Shown piece by piece: positions 51,101 through 61,400 of a DNA stretch of 64,000 bases. Each line of letters begins with the position of its first letter. The first letter of the stretch is position 1. A program made the position numbers and the translations under genes. The DNA is from Eledone cirrhosa (taxonomy: Eukaryota): assembly GCA_964016885.1 (NCBI GenBank), contig OZ024742.1, forward strand, positions 166,160,001 through 166,224,000, in the 5' to 3' direction. The notes beneath the pieces were generated by a model. It searched no databases. It was given only the letters and a program-made list of their open reading frames with translations, and was not told the DNA's origin.

Positions 51101-54100
51101 TAATTTCTAGCCGTACAAGGGGAGATAATTTCCAGCCGTCCAAGGGGAGATAATTTCCAGCCGTCCAAGGGGAGATAGTTTTTTTTAAAAAATCAGGCGG
51201 AGATAATTTGTAAAAAAAAAATCAGGGGGAGATAATTTGTAAAAAAAAATCAGGGGGAGATAATTTGTAAAAAAAAATCAGGGGGAGATAATTTGTAAAA
51301 AAAATCAGGGGGAGATAATTAGTAAAAAAAATCAAGGGGAGATAATTTCCAGCCGTCCAAGGGGAGGTAATATCTAGCCGTCCAAGCGGAGATAATTTCC
51401 AGCCGTCCAAGGGGAGATAATTTCCAGCCGTCCAAGGGTAGATAATATCCAGCCGTCCAAGTAGACATATTTTCCAGCCGTCCAAGGAGAGGTAATTTCT
51501 AGCCGTCCAAGGGGAGATAAATTCCAGCCTCCAAGGGGAGATAATTTCCAGCCAGCCAAGGGGAGATAATTTGTAAAAAAATCAGGGGGAGATAATTTGT
51601 AAAAAAAATCAGGGGGAGATAATTTGTAAAAAAAAATCAGGGGGAGATAATTTGTAAAAAAAAAATCAGGGGGAGATAATTTGTAAAAAAAATCAGGGGG
51701 AGATAATTTGTAAAAACAAATCAAGGGGAGATAATTTCCAGCCGTCCAAGGGGAGATAATTTTCAGCCGCCCAAGGGGAGATAATTTCCCGCCAGCCAAG
51801 GGAAGATAATATTTAAAAAATCAGGCGGAGATAATTTGTAAAAAAAATCAGGGGGAGATAATTTGTAAAAAAATCAGGGGGAGATAATTTGTAAAAAAAA
51901 AATCAGGGGGAGATAATTTGTAAAAAAAATCAGGGGGAGATGATTTGTAAAAAAAATCAGGGGTAGATAATTTGTAAAAAAAAATCAGGGGGAGATAATT
52001 TGTAAAAAAAAATCAGGGGGAGATAATTTGTAAAAAAAATCAAGAGGAGATAATTTCCAGCCGTCCAAGGGGAGATAATTTTCAGCCGTCCAAGGGGAGA
52101 TAATTTCCAGCCGTCCAAGGGGAGATAATTTCCATCCTTCCAAGGGGAGATAATTTCCAGCCGTCCAAGGGGAGATAATTTCCCGCCAACCAAGGGAAGA
52201 TAATTTTTAAAAAAATCAGGCGGAGATTGTAAAAAAAATCAGGGGGAGATAATTTGTAAAAAAATCAGGGGGAGATAATTTGTAAAAAAAAAATCAGGGG
52301 GAGATAATTTGTAAAAAAAATCAGGGGGAGATAATTTGTAAAAAAAAATCAAGGGGAGATAATTTGTACAAAAAATCAGGGCTATATAATTTGTAAAAAA
52401 AAATCAGGGGGAGATAATTTGTAAAAAAAATCAAGGGGAGATAATTTGCAGCCGTCCAAGGGGAGATAATTTTCAGCCGTCCAAGGAGAGGTAATTTCTA
52501 GCCGTCCAAGGTGAGATAATATCCAGCCGTCCAAGGGGAGATAATTTCCAGCCGTCCAAGGGGAGATAATTTTAAAAAAAAAACAGGCGAAGATAATTTG
52601 TAAAAAAAAAATCAGGGGGAGATAATTTGTAAAAAAAAATCAGGGGGAGATAATTTGTAAAAAAAATCAGGGGGAGGTAATTTGTAAAAAAAATCAAGGG
52701 GAGATAATTTCCAGCCGTCCAAGGGAAGATAATTTCCAGCCCTCCAAGGGGCTATAATTTCCAGCGTCCAAGGGGAGATAATTTCCAGCCAGCGAAGGGG
52801 AGATAATTTTTTTTTTTTTAAATCAGGGGGACATAATTTGTAAAAAAAAATCAGGGGGAGATAATTTGTAAAAAAAATCAAGGGGAGATAATTTGTAAAA
52901 AAAAATCAGGGGGAGATAATTTGTAAAAAAAAATCAGGGGGAGATAATTTGTAAAAAAAATCAGGGGGAGATAATTTGTAAAAAAATCAGGGGGAGATAA
53001 TTTGTAAAAAAAAAATCAGGGGGAGATAATTTGTAAAAAAAATCAGGGGGAGATAATTTGTAAAAAAAATCAGGGGTAGATAATTTTTAAAAAAAAATCA
53101 GGGGGAGATAATTTGTAAAAAAAATCAGGGGGAGATAATTTATAAAAAAAATCAAGGGGAGATAATTTCCAGCCGTCCAAGGGAAGATAATTTCAAGCCC
53201 TCCAAGGGGCTATAATTTCCAGTGTCCAAGGGGAGATAATTTCCAGCCAGCGAAGGGGAGATAATTTTTTTTTAAAAATCAGGGGGAGATTTGTAAAAAA
53301 AATCAGGGGGAGATAATTTGTAAAAAAAATCAAAGGGAGATAATTTCCAGCCGTCCAAAGAGATAATTTCTAGCCGTCCAAGGGGAGATAATTTCGAGCC
53401 AAGGGGAGATAATTTCCAGCCGTCCAAGGGGAGATAATTTTTTAAAAAATCAGGTGGAGATAATTTGTAAAAAAAATCAGGGGGAGATAATTTGTAAAAA
53501 CAAAATCAAGGGCAGATAATTTCCAGCTGTCCAAGGGGAGATAAATTCCAGCCGTGCAAGGGGAGATAATTTCCAGCCGTCCAAGGGGAGATAATTTCCA
53601 TCCTTCCAAGGGGAGATAATTTCCAGCCGTCCAAGGGGAGATAATTTCCCGCCAGCCAAGGGAAGATAATTTTTTAAAAAATCAGGCGGAGATTGTAAAA
53701 AAAATCAGGGGGAGATAATTTGTAAAAAAATCAAGGGGAGATAATTTCCAGCTGTCCAAGGGGAGGTAATATCTAGCCGTCCAAGGGGAGATAATTTCCA
53801 GCCGTCCAAGGGGAGATAATTTCCAGCCGTCCAAGGGTAGATAATATCCAGCCGTCCAAGGAGACATATTTTCCAGCCGTCCAAGGAGAGGTAATTTCTA
53901 GCCGTCCAAGGGGAGATAATTTCCAGCCGTCCAAGGGGAGATAATTTAAAAAAAAATCAGGCGCAGATAATTTGTAAAAAAAATCAAGGGGAGATAATTT
54001 GCAACCGTCCAAGGGGACATAATTTTCAGTCGTCCAAGGAGAGGTAATTTCTAGCCGTACAAGGGGAGATAATTTCCAGCCGTCCAAGGGGAGATAATTT

Positions 54101-57100
54101 CCAGCCGTCCAAGGGGAGATAATTTTTTTTTAAAAATCAGGCGGAGATAATTTGTAAAAAAAAAATCAGGGGGAGATAATTTGTAAAAAAAAATCAGGGG
54201 GAGATAATTTGTAAAAAAAAATCAGGGGGAGATAATTTGTAAAAAAAATCAAGGGGAGATAATTTCCAGCCGTCCAAGGGAAGATAATTTCCAGCCCTCC
54301 AAGGGGCTATAATTTCCAGCGTCCAAGGGGAGATAATTTCCAGCCAGCGAAGGGGAGATAATTGTTTTAAAAAAATCATTGGGAGATTTGTAAAAAAAAT
54401 CAGGGGGAGATAATTAATAAAAAAAATCAAGGGGAGATAATTTCCAGCCGTCCAAGGGGAGGTAATATCTAGCCGTCCAAGGGGAGATAATTTCCAGCCG
54501 TCCAAGGGGAGATAATTTCCAGCCGTCCAAGGGTAGATAATATCCAGCCGTCCAAGGAGACATATTTTCCCGCCGTCCAAGGAGAGGTAATTTCTAGCCG
54601 TCCAAGGGGAGATAAATTCCAGCCTCCAAGGGGAGATAATTTCCAGCCAGCCAAGGGGAGATAATTTGTAAAAAAATCAGGGGGAGATAATTTGTAAAAA
54701 AAATCAGGGGTAGATAATTTGTAAAAAAAAATCAGGGGGAGATAATTTGTAAAAAAAAATCAGGGGGAGATAATTTGTAAAAAAAATCAAGGGGAGATAA
54801 TTTCCAGCCGTCCAAGGAGAGATAATTTAAAAAAAAAATCAGGCGGAGATAATTTGTAAAAAAAAATCAGGGGGAGATAATTTGGAAAAAAAAATCAGGG
54901 GGAGATAATTTGTAAAAAAAATCAAGGGGAGATAATTTCCAGCCGTCCAAGGGGAGATAATTTCCAGCCGTCCAAGGGGAGATAATTTTTTAAAAAAAAT
55001 CAGGCGGAGATAATTTGTAAAAAAAATCAGGGGGAGATAATTTGTAAAAAAAAATCAGGGGGAGATAATTTGTAAAAAAAAATCAGGGGGAGATAATTTC
55101 CAGCCGTCCAAGGTAAGATAATTTCCAGCCCTCCAAGGGGCTATAATTTCCAGCCGTCCAAGGGTAGATAATATCCAGCCGTCCAAGTAGACATATTTTC
55201 CAGCCGTTCAAGGAGAGGTAATTTCTAGCCGTCCAAGGGGAGATAAATTCCAGCCTCCAAGGGGAGATAATTTCCAGCCAGCCAAGGGGAGATAATTTGT
55301 AAAAAAATCAGGGGGAGATAATTTGTAAAAAAAATCAGGGGGAGATAATTTGTAAAAAAAAATCAGGGGGAGATAATTTGTAAAAAAAAATCAGGGGGAG
55401 ATAATTTGTAAAAAAAATCAAGGGGAGATAATTTCCAGCCGTCCAAGGGGAGATAATTTTCAGCCGTCCAAGGGGAGATAATTTCCAGCCGTCCAAGGGG
55501 AGATAATTTCCATCCTTCCAAGGGGAGATAATTTCCAGCCGTCCAAGGGGAGATAATTTTCAGCCGTCCAAGGGGAGATAATTTCCCGCCAGCCAAGGGA
55601 AGATAATATTTTAAAAAATCAGGCGGAGATAATTTGTAAAAAAAATCAGGGGGAGATAATTTGTAAAAAAATCAGGGGGAGATAATTTGTAAAAAAAAAA
55701 TCAGGGGGAGATAATTTGTAAAAAAAATCAGGGGGAGATAATTTGTAAAAAAAAATCAGGGGTAGATAATTTGTAAAAAAAAATCAGGGGGAGATAATTT
55801 GTAAAAAAAAATCAGGGGGAGATAATTTGTAAAAAAAATCAGGGGGAGATAATTTGTAAAAAAAAATCAGGGGGAGATAATTTCCGGCCGTCCAAGGGGA
55901 GATAATTTTCAGCCGTCCAAGGGGAGATAATTTCCCGCCAGCCAAGGGAAGATAATATTTAAAAAAATCAGGCGGAGATAATTTGTAAAAAAAATCAGGG
56001 GGAGATAATTTGTAAAAAAATCAGGGGGAGATAATTTGTAAAAAAAATCAAGGGGAGATAATTTCCAGCCGTCCAAGGGGAGGTAATATCTAGCCGTCCA
56101 AGGGGAGATAATTTCCAGCCGTCCAAGTGGAGATAATTTCCAGCCGTCCAAGGGTAGATAATATCCAGCCGTCCAAGGAGACATATTTTCCAGCCGTCCA
56201 AGGAGAGGTAATTTCTAGCCGTCCAAGGGGAGATAAATTCCAGCCTCCAAGGGGAGATAATTTCCAGCCAGCCAAGGGGAGATAATTTGTAAAAAAAATC
56301 AGGGGGAGATAATTTGTAAAAAAAATCAGGGGGAGATAATTTGTAAAAAAATCAGGGGGAGATAATTTGTAAAAAAAAAATCAGGGGGAGATAATTTGTA
56401 AAAAAAATCAGGGGGAGATGATTTGTAAAAAAAAATCAGGGGTAGATAATTTGTAAAAAAAAATCAGGGGGTGATAATTTGTAAAAAAAAATCAGGGGGA
56501 GATAATTTGTAAAAAAAATCAAGGGGAGATAATTTCCAGCCGTCGAAGGGAAGATAATTTCCAGCCCTCCAAGGGGCTATAATTTCCAGCGTCCAAGGGG
56601 AGATAATTTCCAGCCGTCCAAGGGGAGATAATTTCCAGCCGTCCAAGGGTAGATAATATCCAGCCGTCCAAGTAGACATTTTCCAGCCGTCCAAGGAGAG
56701 GTAATTTCTAGCCGTCCAAGGGGAGATAAATTCCAGCCTCCAAGGGGAGATAATTTCCAGCCAGCCAAGGGGAGATAATTTGTAAAAAAATCAGGGGGAG
56801 ATAATTTGTAAAAAAAATCAGGGGGAGATAATTTGTAAAAAAAAATCAGGGGGAGATAATTTGTAAAAACAATCAGGGGGAGATAATTTGTAAAAAAAAT
56901 CAGGGGGAGATAATTTGTAAAAAAAATCAAGGGGAGATAATTTCCAGCCGTCCAAGGGGAGATAATTTTCAGCCGTCCAAGGGGAGATAATTTCCAGCCG
57001 TCCAAGGGGAGATAATTTCCATCCTTCCAAGGGGAGATAATTTCCAGCCGTCCAAGGGGAGATAATTTTCAGCCGTCCAAGGGGAGATAATTTCCCGCCA

Positions 57101-57600
57101 GCCAAGGGAAGATAATATTTTAAAAAATCAGGCGGAGATAATTTGTAAAAAAAATCAGGGGGAGATAATTTGTAAAAAAATCAGGGGGAGATAATTTGTA
57201 AAAAAAAAATCAGGGGGAGATAATTTGTAAAAAAAATCAGGGGGAGATAATTTGTAAAAAAAAATCAGGGGTAGATAATTTGTAAAAAAAAATCAGGGGG
57301 AGATAATTTGTAAAAAAAAAATCAGGGGGAGATAATTTGTAAAAAAAATCAAGGGGAGATAATTTCCAGCCGTCCAAGGAGAGATAATTTTTAAAAAAAA
57401 TCAGGCGGAGATAATTTGTAAAAAAAAATCAAGGGGAGATAATTTGTAAAAAAAAATCAAGGGGAGATAATTTGTAAAAAAAATCAAGGGGAGATAATTT
57501 CCAGCCGTCCAAGGGAAGATAATTTCCAGCACTCCAAGGGGCTATAATTTCCAGTGTCCAAGGGGAGATAATTTCCAGCCAGCGAAGGGGAGATAATTTT
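19020..57600 (+). repeat. ~19-19.6 kb tandem segmental duplication (copy 1 ~19.0-38.66 kb, copy 2 ~38.66-57.6 kb)
   Basis: Collinear markers: 19572/39082 (19510), 21488/41027 (19539), 27126/46692 (19566), 30819/50276 (19457), 34508/53477 (18969), 38514/57429 (18915). Confidence 0.9.
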
Positions 57601-58449
57601 TTTAAAAAAATCAGGGGGAGATATGTAAAAAAAATCAGAGGGAGATAATTTCTAAAAAAAATCAAAGGGAGATAATTTCCAGCCGTCCAAAGAGAGATAA
57701 TTTCTAGCCGTCCAAGGGGAGATAATTTCCAGCCAAGGGGAGATAATTTCCAGCCGTCCAAGGGGAGATAATTATTTAAAAAATCAGGTGGAGATAATTT
57801 GTAAAAAAAATCAGGGGGAGATAATTTGTAAAAACAAAATCAAGGGCAGATAATTTCCAGCTGTCCAAGGGGAGATAATTTCCAGCCGTGCAAGGGGAGA
57901 TAATTTCCAGCCGTCCAAGGGGAGATAATTTCCATCCTTCCAAGGGGAGATAATGTCCAGCCGTCCAAGGGGAGATAATTTCCCGCCAGCCAAGGGAAGA
58001 TAATTTTTAAAAAAATCAGGCGGAGATTGTAAAAAAAATCAGGGGGAGATAATTTGTAAAAAAAAAATCAGGGGGAGATAATTTGTAAAAAAAATCAGGG
58101 GTAGATAATTTGTAAAAAAAAATCAGGGGGAGATAATTTGTAAAAAAAAATCAGGGGGAGATAATTTCTAAAAAAATCAAGGGGAGATAATATGCAGCCG
58201 TCCAAGGGGAGATAATTTTCAGCCGTCCAAGGAGAGGTAATTTCTAGCCGTCCAAGGGGAGATAATTTCCAGCCGTCCAAGGGGAGATAATTTCCAGCCG
58301 TCCAAGGGGAGATAGTTTTTTTAAAAAAATCAGGCGGAGATAATTTGTAAAAAAAAAATCAGGGGGAGATAATTTGTAAAAAAAAATCAGGGGGAGATAA
58401 TTTGTAAAAAAAAATCAGGGGGAGATAATTTGTAAAAAAAATCAGGGGG

Positions 58450-61400
58450 AGATAATTAGTAAAAAAAAATCAAGGGGAGATAATTTCCAGCCGTCCAAGG
58501 GGAGGTAATATCTAGCCGTCCAAGGGGAGATAATTTCCAGCCGTCCAAGGGGAGATAATTTCCAGCCGTCCAAGGGTAGATAATATCCAGCCGTCCAAGT
58601 AGACATATTTTCCAGCCGTCCAAGGAGAGGTAATTTCTAGCCGTCCAAGGGGAGATAAATTCCAGCCTCCAAGGGGAGATAATTTCCAGCCAGCCAAGGG
58701 GAGATAATTTGTAAAAAAATCAGGGGGAGATAATTTGTAAAAAAAATCAGGGGGAGATAATTTGTAAAAAAAAATCAGGGGGAGATAATTTGTAAAAAAA
58801 ATCAAGGGGAGATAATTTGTAAAAAAAAATCAGGGGGAGATAATTTGTAAAAAAAAATCAGGGGGAGATAATTTGTAAAAAAAAATCAGGGGGAGATAAT
58901 TTGTAAAAAAAATCAAGGGGAGATAATTTCCAGCCGTCCAAGGAGAGATAATTTTAAAAAAAAATCAGGCGGAGATAATTTGTAAAAAAAATCAGGGGGA
59001 GATAATTTGTAAAAAAAAATCAGGGGGAGATAATTTGTAAAAAAAAATCAGGGGGAGATAATTTCCAGCCGTCCAAGGTAAGATAATTTCCAGCCCTCCA
59101 AGGGGCTATAATTTCCAGCCGTCCAAGGGTAGATAATATCCAGCCGTCCAAGTAGACATATTTTCCAGCCGTTCAAGGAGAGGTAATTTCTAGCCGTCCA
59201 AGGGGAGATAAATTCCAGCCTCCAAGGGGAGATAATTTCCAGCCAGCCAAGGGGAGATAATTTGTAAAAAAATCAGGGGGAGATAATTTGTAAAAAAAAT
59301 CAGGGGGAGATAATTTGTAAAAAAAAATCAGGGGGAGATAATTTGTAAAAAAAAATCAGGGGGAGATAATTTGTAAAAAAAAATCAGGGGGAGATAATTT
59401 GTAAAAAAAATCAAGGGGAGATAATTTCCAGCCGTCCAAGGGGAGATAATTTTCAGCCGTCCAAGGGGAGATAATTTCCAGCCGTCCAAGGGGAGATAAT
59501 TTCCATCCTTCCAAGGGGAGATAATTTCCAGCCGTCCAAGGGGAGATAATTTTCAGCCGTCCAAGGGGAGATAATTTCCCGCCAGCCAAGGGAAGATAAT
59601 ATTTTAAAAAATCAGGCGGAGATAATTTGTAAAAAAAATCAGGGGGAGATAATTTGTAAAAAAATCAGGGGGAGATAATTTGTAAAAAAAAAATCAGGGG
59701 GAGATAATTTGTAAAAAAAATCAGGGGGAGATAATTTGTAAAAAAAAATCAGGGGTAGATAATTTGTAAAAAAAAATCAGGGGGAGATAATTTGTAAAAA
59801 AAAATCAGGGGGAGATAATTTGTAAAAAAAATCAGGGGGAGATAATTTGTAAAAAAAAATCAGGGGGAGATAATTTCCGGCCGTCCAAGGGGAGATAATT
59901 TTCAGCCGTCCAAGGGGAGATAATTTCCCGCCAGCCAAGGGAAGATAATATTTAAAAAAATCAGGCGGAGATAATTTGTAAAAAAAATCAGGGGGAGATA
60001 ATTTGTAAAAAAATCAGGGGGAGATAATTTGTAAAAAAAATCAAGGGGAGATAATTTCCAGCCGTCCAAGGGGAGGTAATATCTAGCCGTCCAAGGGGAG
60101 ATAATTTCCAGCCGTCCAAGTGGAGATAATTTCCAGCCGTCCAAGGGTAGATAATATCCAGCCGTCCAAGGAGACATATTTTCCAGCCGTCCAAGGAGAG
60201 GTAATTTCTAGCCGTCCAAGGGGAGATAAATTCCAGCCTCCAAGGGGAGATAATTTCCAGCCAGCCAAGGGGAGATAATTTGTAAAAAAAATCAGGGGGA
60301 GATAATTTGTAAAAAAAATCAGGGGGAGATAATTTGTAAAAAAATCAGGGGGAGATAATTTGTAAAAAAAAAATCAGGGGGAGATAATTTGTAAAAAAAA
60401 TCAGGGGGAGATGATTTGTAAAAAAAAATCAGGGGTAGATAATTTGTAAAAAAAAATCAGGGGGTGATAATTTGTAAAAAAAAATCAGGGGGAGATAATT
60501 TGTAAAAAAAATCAAGGGGAGATAATTTCCAGCCGTCGAAGGGAAGATAATTTCCAGCCCTCCAAGGGGCTATAATTTCCAGCGTCCAAGGGGAGATAAT
60601 TTCCAGCCGTCCAAGGGGAGATAATTTCCAGCCGTCCAAGGGTAGATAATATCCAGCCGTCCAAGTAGACATTTTCCAGCCGTCCAAGGAGAGGTAATTT
60701 CTAGCCGTCCAAGGGGAGATAAATTCCAGCCTCCAAGGGGAGATAATTTCCAGCCAGCCAAGGGGAGATAATTTGTAAAAAAATCAGGGGGAGATAATTT
60801 GTAAAAAAAATCAGGGGGAGATAATTTGTAAAAAAAAATCAGGGGGAGATAATTTGTAAAAACAATCAGGGGGAGATAATTTGTAAAAAAAATCAGGGGG
60901 AGATAATTTGTAAAAAAAATCAAGGGGAGATAATTTCCAGCCGTCCAAGGGGAGATAATTTTCAGCCGTCCAAGGGGAGATAATTTCCAGCCGTCCAAGG
61001 GGAGATAATTTCCATCCTTCCAAGGGGAGATAATTTCCAGCCGTCCAAGGGGAGATAATTTCCCGCCAGCCAAGGGAAGATAATATTTTAAAAAATCAGG
61101 CGGAGATAATTTGTAAAAAAAATCAGGGGGAGATAATTTGTAAAAAAATCAGGGGGAGATAATTTGTAAAAAAAAAATCAGGGGGAGATAATTTGTAAAA
61201 AAAATCAGGGGGAGTTAATTTGTAAAAAAAAATCAGGGGTAGATAATTTGTAAAAAAAAATCAGGGGGAGATAATTTGTAAAAAAAAAATCAGGGGGAGA
61301 TAATTTGTAAAAAAAATCAAGGGGAGATAATTTCCAGCCGTCCAAGGAGAGATAATTTTTAAAAAAAATCAGGCGGAGATAATTTGTAAAAAAAAATCAA

